DNA of 64,000 nucleotides, taken from the NCBI GenBank assembly GCA_030390025.1, contig JASTWF010000328.1, forward strand, positions 124,001 through 188,000, written 5' to 3'. A program made the translations under genes and the position numbers. The notes under the pieces were generated by a model that worked only from the letters and a program-made list of their open reading frames with translations, was not told the DNA's origin and did not search any database. Below are positions 21,960 to 33,494 of the stretch, piece after piece. The stretch comes from Squalus acanthias. Taxonomy: Eukaryota. Every line of letters begins with the position of its first letter. Positions within the stretch are counted from its first letter, which is position 1.

Positions 21960-22610
21960 TCAAGCCCCGCCCCTCACCCACTCCGATTGGTTGGAGGACC
22001 CGCCGCCCGCTCGGTCCTCCAGCCCCGCCCCGCTCTTCCTATTGGTCCGAGCTCCCGTCAATCACCCGGGCAGTGTGAGCAATCATGCGCGGACCTTGGC
22101 AGCAGCCGCTGACACATCAGGTGAGAGAGCTCAGGGAGCGGGTTAATAAACCCGGGGGGGGGCGCGGGCTGCACACATCCCGAGTGCGCGAACGCTTGAA
22201 TGATCGGACGAACAATTTGAGTGGATGGTCGGGTGGGCGGTGCCAGTGGGACTGGCGTGGAACAGGTTTCTTGGGTTATTGGAGTGGATGTTATCTGTGG
22301 CATTTAGTTGGATTGTGATGGTGCTATGTGTTTGTACACTGTGGTGTTGAAATGGGTTGTTTTATGTGGAGTTAAGTGAGATGTATTATTTTAAATCTAA
22401 AAAAAAAAAATTGTGTGGTATTGTTTGGGGTATTTGTACTGTATTTACTGTGATGGATGAATGTAATTGGTTTGAATAAAAGATTCATTCCGAGTGCGGC
22501 CCCAGGCCCCATTATTAAAACACTCAACATTATCCGCCCGTCGCTTCCCGGTTTCTCCCGATTCGCTCAGCAAAGGGGCACCGCGCCAAACTCCGGGACA
22601 GACAGGAAGT
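21960..22610. promoter_or_regulatory. CpG-island promoter between divergent loci D and E, interrupted by an insertion
   Basis: Reverse CCAAT/GC cassette at 21960-22070; CpG-rich 22490-22610. Confidence 0.55.
22189..22485 (+). mobile_element. 5'-truncated retro-insertion (same family as 7720-8152)
   Basis: Ends GAATAAAAGATT; 13-bp TSD CAT(C/T)CCGAGTGCG at 22176-22188 and 22486-22498. Confidence 0.75.
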
Positions 22611-23007
22611 CAGGGAGCGTCTGTAAATGGAGGAGAAATGGAGACCTGTCAGGGAGCGTCTGTAAATGGAGGAGAAATGGAGAACGGTCAGGGAGCGTCT
22701 GTAAATGGAGGAGAAATGGAGAACGGTCAGGGAGCGTCTGTAAATGGAGGAGAAATGGAGAACGGTCAGGGAGCGTCTGTAAATGGAGGAGAAATGGAGA
22801 CTGGTCAGGGAGCGTCTGTAAATGGAGGAGAAATGGAGAACGGTCAGGGAGCGTCTGTAAATGGAGGAGAAATGGAGACAGATCGGGGAGCGTCTGTAAA
22901 TGGAGGAGAAATGGTGACTGGTCAGGGACTGTTTGTAAATGAAGGAGAAATGGTGACCAGTCAGGGAGCGTCTGTAAATGAAGGTGAAATGGAGACTGGT
23001 CAAGGAG
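22609..23007. repeat. 39-bp minisatellite, about 10 copies
   Basis: Unit GTCAGGGAGCGTCTGTAAATGGAGGAGAAATGGAGAACG. Confidence 0.95.
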
Positions 23008-23074
23008 TGCCCCTCACCAAAATTGTGAGATATTACAGAAGAAAAGCTTATAAGGAAGTGTATTGGAAAAAGGG

Positions 23075-23860
23075 TTAGAGCCAGAATCAGCACCTTCTGG
23101 GAAGGAAAACGAGGAGAAACAGTGAGTGTAGAACTGAACCCAGCCAGAGTCAGCACCTTCAGGGGAGGAGAGGGAGGGGAACCAGTGAGTGTAGAACTGA
23201 ACCCAGCCAGTGTCAGCACCTTCAGGGGAGGAGAGGGAGGGGAACCAGTGAGTGTAGAACTGAACCCAGCCAGAGTCAGCATCTTCAGGGGAGGAGAGAG
23301 AGGGGAACCAGTGAGTGTAGAACTGAACCCAGCCAGAGTCAGCACCTTCAGGGGAGGAGAGGGAGGAACCAGTGAGTGTAGAACTGAACCCAGCCAGAGT
23401 CAACACCTTCAGGGGGGGGAGAGAGAGGAACCAGTGAGTGTAGAACTGAACCCAGCCAGAGTCAGCACCTTCTGGGAAGGAGAACAAGGGGAACCAGTGA
23501 GTGTAGAACTGAACCCAGCCAGAGTCAGCACCTTCAGGGGAGGAGAGGGAGGGGAACCAGTGAGTGTAGAACTGAACCCAGCCAGAGTCAGCACCTTCAG
23601 GGGAGGAGAGGGAGGGGAAGCAGTGAGTGTAGAACTGAACCCAGCCAGAGTCAGCACCTTCAGGGGAGGAGAGGGAGGGGAACCAGTGAGTGTAGAACTG
23701 AACCCAGCCAGAGTCAGCACCTTCAGGGGAGGAGAGGGAGGGGAACCGGTGAGTGTAAACTGAACCCAGCCAGAGTCAGCACCTTCAGGGGAGGAGAGGG
23801 AGGGGAACCGGTGAGTGTAGAACTGAACCCAGCCAGAGTCGGCACCTTCAGAAGAGGGGG
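23075..23860 (+). repeat. 63-bp minisatellite (about 12 copies) upstream of the locus E exon
   Basis: Unit AGTGAGTGTAGAACTGAACCCAGCCAGAGTCAGCACCTTCAGGGGAGGAGAGGGAGGGGAACC. Confidence 0.95.
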
Positions 23861-24062
23861 AGAAGTTGACCGAAAGGAAAAATGTTGGAGATGGTGCGAT
23901 GGGTTTGGATTTCAGCACAGGGAGGAGGGAGAGTGTGTGGGACGGGGATTTACAGCTTTAGGAGAACGAGAGAGGAAAGAATGTTCCATAGAAACTAGAA
24001 TTGTCTGTTCTGAATTTCTATAAAGTAGTTACAGTGATGTCTTTTGTAAACTCCTTTTACAG

Positions 24063-25106
24063 GGTATTAGAAGGGGAGGATTTACAGACGGGAAACTCAA
24101 ACCAAACATCACGTCAAGATCTGACAGAGTCACTCCATTCATCAGGACCTGAATATCATCGGCCTTTGAATGTGGAAGGAGAAATGTTTGTCTGTTCTGT
24201 CTGTGGGGAAAGATTTCAAACAATAGTGTGACTGGAAAAGCACCGAGACACACACACCCGAGTGAGAGTGTTCCAGTGCACTGACTGTGGAAAGAGCTTT
24301 AACCAGTTACACAGCCTGAAAAAACATCGCACCATTCACAGCGGGGAGAAACCGTACACGTGTTCTGTGTGTGGACGAGGCTTCAACTGATCGTCCAACC
24401 TGGAGAGACACAAGGACACCCGCACCACGGAGAAATCGTGGAAATGTGGGGACTGTGGGAAGGGATTCAATTCCCCATCGAGCTGGAAATTCATCAACGC
24501 AGTCACACCGGGGAGAGGCCGTTCACCTGCTCCGTGTGTGGGAAAGGATTCAGTCTATTGTGCAACATGCTCAGACACCAAGGTGTTCACACTGTTGCCA
24601 CACAGTTTAATAGCTCCGTGTGTGGAAATGAATTCAGTCAATCGCCTAACCTGCTGAAACACCAGCGAGTTCACACTGACGAGAGTCTGTTTAAATGTTC
24701 TGACTGTGGGAACTGCTTTAAAAGCTCTGAGGAACTGATTAAACACCAGGGTGTTAACACTGGGGAGAGGCCGTTCACCTGCTCCGTGTGTGGGAAGGGA
24801 TTCACTCAGTCATCCAGCCTCACTGCACACCAAATTATTCACTCTAATAAGAGACCGTTTAAATGTTCTGACTGTGAGAAGAGCTTTAAATCAACAAAGG
24901 ATCTGATGCAACACCAACGCACTCACACCGGGGAGAGGCCGTTCACCTGCTCCGTGTGTGGGAAGGGATTCACTCAGTCATCCCACCTCACTGCACATCA
25001 ACTTGTTCACACTGGTAAGAGACCATTTAAATGTTCTGAGTGTGAGCAGAGCTTTAAAAGCACAGCTGATCTCCTGAGACACCAGCGAGGTCACACCCAG
25101 GACTGA
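24063..25106 (+). pseudogene. C2H2 ZNF locus E (class I) with a frameshift
   Basis: TGA at 24229 and 24388, ACG at 24427, 1-nt deletion near 24475-24480; seven further finger units (one degenerate) ending HTQD*. Confidence 0.78.
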
Positions 25107-25329
25107 ACTATGTTCATTCTGACATTTGAGGTTTGTTTCTGCTGATCTTAATAACCCCAATAACTGGGTTGGAGTTTAATATTCTGATTATCTGCCGAAT
25201 AAATCAGCTTTGCTTCAAATACACAATGTGTCGAGTGTTTGATTTCTCCAAGATAAGAGGAGACTAATTGATGTCCTGTTACCGACTGCTCCATTTTTGG
25301 GCCTTTTCTGCTTTCTAACTCTAGATTAT

Positions 25330-25457
25330 TTCATGATGTGGAGATGCCGGCGTTGGACTGAGGTGGACAAAAATGAGAAGTCGCACAACACCAGGTTATA
25401 GTCCAACAGATTTATTTAATTTTACAAGCTTTCGGAACAGTTCGCTCCTTCGTCAGG
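25330..25457 (-). mobile_element. Penelope-like pLTR fragment with hammerhead core (25422-25457)
   Basis: Minus strand CTGACGA-AGGAGCGAACTGTTCC-GAAA-GCTT; downstream sequence homologous to 44205-44265; stem I truncated by the adjacent CR1. Confidence 0.72.
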
Positions 25458-25967
25458 GCACCGCACTTTAGGAAGGATGTGAAGGCCTTAGAGAGGGTGC
25501 AGAAAAGATTTACAAGAATGATTCCAGGGATGAGGGACTTCAGTTATGTGGATAGACTGGGGAAGCTGGGGTTGTTCTCTTTGGAGCAGAGAAGGTTGAG
25601 AGGAGATTTGATAGAGGTGTTCAAAATCACGAGGGGTTGGGACAGAGTAGATAGAGAGAAACTGTTCCCATTGGCGGAAGGGTCGAGAACCAGAGGACAC
25701 AGATTTAAGGTGATTGGCAGAAGAACCAAAGGCGACATGAGGAAAAACTTTTTTACGCAGCGAGTGGTTAGGATCTGGAATGCACTGCCTGAAAGGGTGG
25801 TGGAGGCAGATTCAATCACGGCTTTCAAAAAAGGGAATTGGAACATTTGCAGGGCTACGGGGAAAGGGCGGGGAGTGGGACTAGCTGAAGTGCTCTTGCA
25901 GAGAGCCGGCACGGGCTCGACGGACTGAATGGCCTCCTTCTGTGCTGTAACCATTCTATGATTCTAA
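25456..25967 (+). mobile_element. CR1-type LINE 3' end
   Basis: ALERVQKRFTRMIPG...RKNFFTQRVV; ATTCTATGATTCT tail. Confidence 0.9.
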
Positions 25968-26199
25968 GTTTATATTGTGGTTAATAACAGACACACCCTG
26001 TTCTTTCCCCTGATCTGATTACAGATTCCAACCAGTCGATTCAGTGAATGGAATGTCTTATCACTGTTGCCATGGCGACCTGTCTGCAGTGAAACGCCTG
26101 TTTGAGTTTCTAACTCAGACTAAACTTCTCTTTCCCAAAATACACATTATATCAGACATTTGATCTCAATGTATTTCAGCCATGTTATGTTAATATCTC

Positions 26200-26830
26200 T
26201 AAAATCTACAGGGAGATCAGATACACAAATCTTTAAAAGTTGGGGGACAAGTTTATAAAGTGGTTTAAAAATGTTACCTGAGGTTTTTATAAATGGGGCG
26301 TAGAAAACAAAACCATCGGTTCGGCTGCAGTTAGAATAAGTTTTGGGCATCTTACACTAGGAAGGATGTCGGGGCCACAGAGAGGCTGCAGAATAAATTC
26401 ACTGAGGTTATACCACGGATGAGAGGCTTTAGTTATCAGAGAATCAGAGAATGATACAGCACAAAAGGTGGCCATTCGGCCCATCATGCTTGTGCCAGCT
26501 CTTTGGGAGAGCTATCCAATTAGTCCCACTCCCTTGCTCTTTCCCCATATCCCAGTAAATGTTTTCCCTTCAAATATTTATCCAATTCCCTTTGGAAAGT
26601 TGCTCTTGAATCTGCTTCCACCGCCCTTTCAGGCAGTGCATTTCAGATCATCATAACTCGCTGGGTAAAGAAATGTTTCCTCATGATGACCTGTCTGCAG
26701 TGAAGCGCCTGTTTGAGTTTCTAACTGAGGCGAACTTCTCTTTCCCAGGAGGAGAGACGAGAGAAACTGGGGCACTTCTCATTAGAACAAAGCAGGGTAA
26801 AAAGAGATGTGAGCGAGGTGTTTAAACTTG
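26200..26830. mobile_element. Degenerate CR1 fragments on both strands
   Basis: GCCATTCGGCCCATC 3'-end motif(-) and eroded RT-like segments(+). Confidence 0.55.
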
Positions 26831-27184
26831 TTCAAAGACACCGACCAAAATATCAGAGACACTCCCTGTCCTTCAGGACCTGTGTCCAGGGGAGAAGCTG
26901 ATGGGTTTATCAGATCATCTTTGGGTTAAATGTTGTGCTCGTGGAGCTGAGCCCCTAGTGTCAGCATCAAACACTCTCCAGTCGGGTACAGCACGGGTTA
27001 GTTACAGAGTAAACCCATCAGCCGCTCCCCGACACAGATACCGAGGGACAGGGTGTGTCCGGGACAATGACATTTCTCACTCAATAAGGTATAAATTGAT
27101 CCTGTACCTCTCCCCATTAATCCTGGGCTCCACACGGGGCGAATCCTGCTCCTGTTTCCCTTCCTGTAACAGCACTGACCAAAC

Positions 27185-27740
27185 CCAGCCCATAATGAGC
27201 AGGGCTCAGGGAGGTTGGTTGCTCGGAGCTGCAGTGATGTCATAAAGCAGGGCCATTCAGCCCAGCTGGTCGTCTCCTTGTCCCTTTAAAGGTGGAGAGC
27301 GGGGACACCCTGTCTCCAAACACATCCCACCTGTTCATACTGAGAATCCCCGGGGAAGGCCCAAGGCCCAGAGTGTGGAACACAACCAAGGGGGAAAGAG
27401 GAGGAGAGAAGGGGAGGTAAATCAAGGACTCAGGACTGAGGGACACCAAGCTTCAGTTTTAGAGCCTGTAGACTTCAGGAGGGGAAGAGTGAGTTCAGTA
27501 GTTTTAGGATCCAGGGAGAGAACAAGGAGCAGATGGGGAGACTGGTGTGGATTCCAGCACAGTCAGGATGTAGGGGGAGGGAGATTGTGTCGGGCCGTGT
27601 ATTAGGGGTGTAGGAGGGACAAGAGAGGAAAGGTCAGAGGAGTAATTACTGCAGCAGTGCCCATAAATAGTGAGAGAGAGAAGCTGGGGGTTCGAGTGGA
27701 CCAGGGACAGTCTGTTAAACTCTCTGTTTGCTGTGACCAG
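27185..27740 (+). repeat. Direct duplication shared with 59795-60340
   Basis: Near-identical block of about 550 bp (ORF pair 27240-27449 / 59849-60049). Confidence 0.9.
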
Positions 27741-28410
27741 TTTTCCTTCGGTTAAAAATGTCCTCCTGTAGCCCAGTGACACAAACAGCCCATTAAACTC
27801 CACCAATGGCCTTTGGTCTGGTGAGGTCTCCCTTTGTGAAACATCGGCTGTTGTTAAAGCTTTTTATTCTGACACACTCACACTGAGAAATGAGCTGCAG
27901 AACTGCCGACACCGTCAGCTTTAAGGAGATGTTTCCCTTTGGAGATCGGATTGCCCATTGAGTTTGATTAAACTGATGTTAAAGTAACAAGGCTGCTTTG
28001 CCCTGTGACAATAACAGATTATCAGAATATTTCCCATAGGTTAAAATCCAATGTTACAGGGGCTCACTGCCCTGGATGGTTGAAGTGGACCCTGTGATAT
28101 AATAGAATTTTCTGTCCTGTCAGACTTGGACATCTTGTAGATCCATCTTTTAAAAAGTTGTGGGATCTCAGTTCTCAGATGGATTCCACTCAGTTTGTAA
28201 CAAGTCCTCAATCAGCTCGTCTTATTGTCGAGATATCAAGGACCCGACACACTGCGTGTGGGAAACAAATCTCATTTATTTGACATTGATACAGATTAAA
28301 CTCCAGCCCAGTTATAGGGGTTACTAACATCAGCTGAAACAAACCCCAATTGTCAGAATGAACATGGTTCAGTCTTGGATGTGATTAACAGCAGAATCCA
28401 ACCCCTGCAG

Positions 28411-28855
28411 TCACTTGTGAACTCGCTGGTGTGTAAACAGGTTGGATGAACCATTGAATCCCTTCCCACACACGGAGCAGGTGAACGGCTTCTCCCCAGT
28501 GTGACTGCGTCGATGAATTTCCAGCTCAGACGGGTAATTGAATCCCTTCCCACAGTCCCCACATTTCCACGGTTTCTCCGTGGTGCTGGTGTCCTTGTGA
28601 CTCTCCAGGTTGGACGATCGGTTGAAGCCTCGTCCACACACAGAACACGTGTACAGTTTCTCCCCGCTGTGAATGGTGCGATGATTTTTCAGGCTGTGTA
28701 ACTGGTTAAAGCTCTTTCCACAGTCAGTGCACTGGAACACTCTCACTCGGGTATGTGTGTCTCGATGCTTTTCCAGTCACACTGATGTTTGAAATATTTT
28801 TCCATTCAGAACAGACAAACATTGCTCCTTCCACATTCAGAGGCTGATGATACTC
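28411..28855 (-). pseudogene. Short C2H2 ZNF locus F (class I), 5'-truncated, two fingers after the ACG
   Basis: TGA at 28777-28779, CGA at site 2, ACG at 28581; ends HQRVHK*; acceptor region missing. Confidence 0.72.
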
Positions 28856-29030
28856 AGCCCGTTACTTGGATTGGACTTGTCTACATTCCCGTGCCGAGGG
28901 GATTGCTGTACCAGACAGAAGGGGCAACATTTGGGGACTCTCGATTCTCCACCAATTCCCATTCCCCTTCTTTCTGGTGGATAATGGAGGTGCCACTGTG
29001 TGTAATGTGGAAGTCAGTAAGAATTGTCAG

Positions 29031-29213
29031 TGTATTTGTACTGTAAACATTATTATTTGTAAAAAAAAAAGACAAAATTGAAATCCATAAAGCTGTTTTT
29101 TAAGGCTTTATTGTTTATTGTGATCAAGGAATGAAAAGGTTTACTTTGTAATTGATGAGTTGTATAAGTACTATTGTACTTGAATAAAAAGATTAATGAG
29201 GGAAAAAAAACAG
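29031..29213 (+). mobile_element. Short A-tailed retro-insertion (same 3' end family)
   Basis: GAATAAAAAGATT then an A-run; TTGTCAG duplicated at 29024-29030 and 29214-29220; empty site at about 20970-21000. Confidence 0.7.
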
Positions 29214-29567
29214 TTGTCAGCAAGGATTAATCAGCACTTTCTAATTGGAGATGTTAATCAGTGGAACTTTTCAGACACTGAATTGCACCAAAGATTAATA
29301 TAGGATTGAAGTAAAATGTTTAATTTTTTTGTGAACTAATTTCTGATGAGAGTCCCTGAATTAAGGGGAAAGATCACAGACAGCGGTTCTTAAAGGGACA
29401 CTGCAGCCTCGAGAACACAATCAGCTATATATCCAGAATATTAAACTCCAGCCCAGTTATAGGAGTTATTAACATCAGCAGAAACAAACCCCAACTGTCA
29501 GAATAAACATGGTTCAGTCCTGGATGTGATTAACAGCAGCAATAACAGCAGAATCCAACCCCTGCAG

Positions 29568-30278
29568 TCACTTGTGAACTCGCTGGTGTCTCAGCAGGTG
29601 GGATGAACGAGCGAATCCCTTCCCACACACGGAGCAGGTGAACGGCCTCTCCCCAGTGTGAACTCGCTGGTGTATCAGCAGCGTGGATGACTGAGTGAAT
29701 CCCTTCCCACACACGGAGCAGGTGAACGGCCTCTCCCCAGTGTGAACTCGCTGGTGTGTCAGCAGGTTGGATGATTTAGTGAATCCCTTCCCACACACTG
29801 AGCAGGTGAATGGCTTCTCTCCAGTGTGAAATCGCTGGTGTGCCAGCAGGTTGGATGATTTAGCGAAACCCTTCCCACACATGGAGCAGGTGAACGGCCT
29901 TTCCCCAGTGTGAGTGTGTTGGTGTACAATGAGATTGGATGACTGCCTGAACCTCTTCCCACAGTGAGAGCAACTGAATGGTTTATCGTCAGTGTGAACT
30001 CGCTGGTGTTGAATCAGTTCCTCAGAGCTTTTAAAGCAGTGTACACAGTCGGAGCATTTAAAAGGTCTCTCGTCAGTGTGAACTCGCTGGTGTCTCAGCA
30101 GGTGGGATGAATTAGTGAATCCCTTCCCACACACTGAGCAGGTGAACGGCCTCTCCCCGGTGTGCCGGTAGCGATGAGTTTTCAGCTCAGACGGGCAATT
30201 GAATCCCTTCCCACAGTCCCCACATTTCCACGGTTTCTCTGTGGTACGGGTGTCCTTGTGACTCTCCAGGTTGGACGA
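29568..30278 (-). CDS. C2H2 ZNF locus G (class I), eight intact fingers, start unresolved (exon extends to 30604)
   Basis: Frame open from TGA 30279-30281 to 29568; TGA also at 30438-30440; ACA at the Kozak-site codon. Confidence 0.65.
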   Translation of the reverse strand, partial: SSNLESHKDTRTTEKPWKCGDCGKGFNCPSELKTHRYRHTGERPFTCSVCGKGFTNSSHLLRHQRVHTDERPFKCSDCVHCFKSSEELIQHQRVHTDDKPFSCSHCGKRFRQSSNLIVHQHTHTGERPFTCSMCGKGFAKSSNLLAHQRFHTGEKPFTCSVCGKGFTKSSNLLTHQRVHTGERPFTCSVCGKGFTQSSTLLIHQRVHTGERPFTCSVCGKGFARSSHLLRHQRVHK

Positions 30279-30879
30279 TCAGTTGAAGCCTCGTCCACAC
30301 ACAGAACACGTGTACAGTTTCTCCCCGCTGTGAACGGTGTGATGTTTTTTCAGGCTGTGTAACTGGTTAAAGCTCTTTCCACAGTCAGTGCACTGGAACA
30401 CTCTCACTCGGGTGTGTGTGTCTCGGTGTTTTTCCAGTCACACTGATGTTTGAAATCTTTTCCCACAGACAGACCAGACAAATGTTTCTCCTTCCATATT
30501 CAAAGGCCGATGATATTCAGGTCCTGATGAATTGAATAACTCTGTCAGATCTTGTTGTGATGTTTGGTTTGAGTTTCCTGACTGCAATTCCTGCCTTCAA
30601 ATACCTGTAAAAGGAGTTTAGAAAAGTCATCACTGTAAGCACAGGCTAGAAATTCAGAAAAGACAATTCTAGTTTCTATGGAACATTCTTTCCACTCTTG
30701 TTCCCCCAAAGCTGTAAATCCCCGTCCCACACACTCTCCCTCCTCCCTGTGCTGAAATCCAAACCCATCGCACTATCTCCAACATTTCTTTCCTCCACTC
30801 CCAGTTTTCTCCTCCCTCTACTCTGGTTGGGTTCAGTTCCACACCCGCTGTGTGCAGAGTGAGAATAAAATCAATGAGT

Positions 30880-31250
30880 CAATGATTGTCTCTCCTGGTC
30901 ACTGGGACCCTGAAGCCCCGCCCACTCTGTGTTCCTGCAGAAGTTAGCCGCGCATGCGCAGTAACCAGGCCCTGTCCAAGATGGCGGCCAGTGACCCCGC
31001 TGACCCGGGCGGCCGGGCCTGTCACCGCGGGGCAAACACTCGGCCTGTGGGCTTTTATTCGAGGCCTGAGGCCTACACCAGGGGTTTATGATGTTTCCCA
31101 GCCCACCCGCGGGTCCAATTGCTCCCCGAGCCCACAATCTCCTACCGCCTCCCGGAACCTTCTCTTCCGCTTCAGAACAGCGGCACCACTGGTACTGCGC
31201 ATGCTCAGCACTGCCGGTCCCGCGCCTGCGCAGTAGGCTCCTGTGGTCAT
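30880..31250 (-). promoter_or_regulatory. CpG-island promoter of locus G
   Basis: GCCCCGCCC, CGCGCATGCGCA, CAAGATGGCGGCC, TGCGCATGCTCA. Confidence 0.65.
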
Positions 31251-31251
31251 T

Positions 31252-31432
31252 TTTTTTGAGAAATATATTTATTCAAATACAATAATATTTATACAACTCA
31301 TCAATGACAGAGTAAATCCACTACATAGTAAATCCATTGCATTCATCCATCACAGTAAAAAATAAAGCCTTAAAAACAGCCTTATAGTTAATATAAATGC
31401 AATGATTAATTTTACAAATAATCAATAATGTT
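31252..31432 (-). mobile_element. Short poly(A)-tailed retro-insertion with a 14-bp TSD
   Basis: TSD CTCCTGTGGTCATT at 31238-31251 and 31433-31446; empty site at 35681-35694. Confidence 0.85.
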
Positions 31433-32074
31433 CTCCTGTGGTCATTGATGGGGCACATTCTGCCGCGCGGGGGATTCTGGGTAACAACCCCGTCATTGAA
31501 AACCTCAATTGGTGAACAGAGCTTTTTAAAAATCATTCCATCGAGATTGGGGCCGGAGAGGCAATAAACAAAATCAATTAATAAATTTTACAGAAACCCA
31601 CATGCCCGGGCCCTCCGCCATCGTGTGAAGTACGCTGGCCGCCACTTTTCAGTTATTAACTCGTACCTCAGGCCCCGCCCAGTCTGGTTTAATTACTAAA
31701 TATTTACGAACTGTGTTTTCTAACTTCACTGCAGACCTGTTATTTAGTGGGAAACTTTCGAGGCACCATTTTTTGTGTCCTAACTAAGAAGCTTTAATGG
31801 CTTTAATGAGCTGGCAGCAATTATTTTCAAGGTGGAAAGAGGTGAAAAACGCCACGAGCGATCCATCAAAACACACGGGACAGAGAAATCCACTTCATCA
31901 GCGCACCTGCCACAATATCGATCCCCTCCAGCATTGATGCAACATGTCTGCAGTATGTACGGTCTACAAGATGACCAAGGTCAGACTGTGTGTGGTCAAG
32001 GGTCAGGTAACAGAATGGATGGAAAGACGGCAACAAAACAGAATTCAGAGGGTAGGATTTAAGGGTGTGGATTA

Positions 32075-32292
32075 ATGCTTGGGCCTACGGGGCCTTCCCC
32101 CAGGGATGGATTAATGCTCAGGTCGACAGGATCTTTACCCAGGAAGTGGATTAATGATCGGGCCGAGGGAGCCTTTCCCTGGGGGCGGTGGATTAATGCT
32201 CGGGCCTCCGAGACACTTATCCAGGGGTGGATTAATGCTCGGACCTAGGGAGCCTTTACCCAGTGGGTGGATTAATGCTCGAGCCTACGAGG
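32075..32292. repeat. Degenerate tandem repeat, unit about 40 bp, about 6 copies
   Basis: Recurrent GGATTAATGCTCGGGCC...CCTTTACCCAGG. Confidence 0.75.
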
Positions 32293-32319
32293 CCCCCGCC
32301 ACTCTCTCCATTCCCGAGC

Positions 32320-33075
32320 GACCACCTCCATCCCTTTCCTGCTGACTGTCTGAGGCTGAACCAGACTGTTCACAACCTCGACATCCCATTTGACCCTGTG
32401 CTGAGCTTCCGACCACATATCCTCTCTGTTACCGATATCTCCTCCTTCCACCTCCGTAACATTGCCTCCTTCCGCCTCCGCCCATCTGCTGCTAAAACCC
32501 TCATCCATGCCTTTGTTGCCTCCAGACTCGACTATACCAATGCTCTCCTAGTCAGCCTCCCATCTTTCGCCCTCCATAAGCTTCAGCTCCTCCAAAACTC
32601 TGCTGCCCATATCCTGACTCACACCAAGTCTCGTTTACCCATCACCCCTGTGCTCACCGACCTACATTGGCTCCCTATCCGGCAACACCTCAAATTTAAA
32701 ACATTCATCCTTGTTTTCAATTCCCTCCATGGCCTTGCTCCTCCCCATCTCTGAAACCTCCTCCAGCCCTACAACCCTCCAAAATATCTCTGCTCCTCTA
32801 ATTCTGGCCTCTTGTCCATCCCCGATTTTAATTGCTCCACTATTGGCGGCCGTGCCTTCAGCTGCCGAGGCCTGCAGGTCTGGAATTCAGAAAACCTACC
32901 TGCCTCTCTCCTTCTTTAAGATGATCCTTAAAAACTATCTCTTTGACCAAGATTTTTGCCTGTCCTAATATCTCCTTATGTGGTTTGGTGTCACATTTTG
33001 TCTGATAACGTTCTTGTGAAGAGCCTGGGAACATTTTACTGCAGTAAAGGTGCTATATAAATGCAAGTTGTTATT
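32320..33075 (+). mobile_element. L2-type LINE 3' fragment
   Basis: AKTLIHAFVASRLDYTNALL...LQLLQNSAA...ITPVLTDLHWLPI; ends GCTATATAAATGCAAGTTGTT. Confidence 0.88.
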
Positions 33076-33129
33076 GTTGACTCAGGAGCAGGTGGAGAAG
33101 GATCATCCACTCGACACTTCTAGCTGAAG

Positions 33130-33490
33130 ATAGTTACAAATGATTCGGCCTTGTCATTTGCAGTTATATGATGGGCTCCGCCATCATTGAGGATGGGGGT
33201 GTTCATGGAGCCTCCTCCTCCTGTTGCTTACTTGTCCACTACCATTCATAACTAGATGTGGCAGGACTGCAGAGCTTTGATCTGATGCTTTGGCTCTGTC
33301 TATAGCATGCTGCTTCCTCTGTTTAGCATGCATGTAGTCCTGTGTTTTATCTTCACCAAGTTGGCACCTCATTTTCAGGTACACCTGGTGCTGTTCCCAG
33401 CATGCACTTCTGCACTCCTCTTTGAATCAGGGTTAGTCCTCTGGTTTGATGATGATAGAGGAGTGAGGGGTATGCTGGGCCATGAGGTTA
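33130..33490 (-). mobile_element. Degenerate non-LTR LINE ORF2 fragment
   Basis: QDYMHAKQRKQHAIDRAK-like linker region (recognition only). Confidence 0.55.
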
Positions 33491-33494
33491 TAAA

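Noticed and set aside
23075..23860. CRISPR-like arrays (also 5195, 22609, 54132, 59120, 63490)
   Set aside because: Head-to-tail units with no unique spacers, no cas genes, eukaryotic context
24063..24183. Conserved pre-finger segment ([24 protein letters not shown]...) as a novel effector domain
   Set aside because: It is frameshifted or deleted in C (the best intact gene), H and K, so it behaves like 5' UTR
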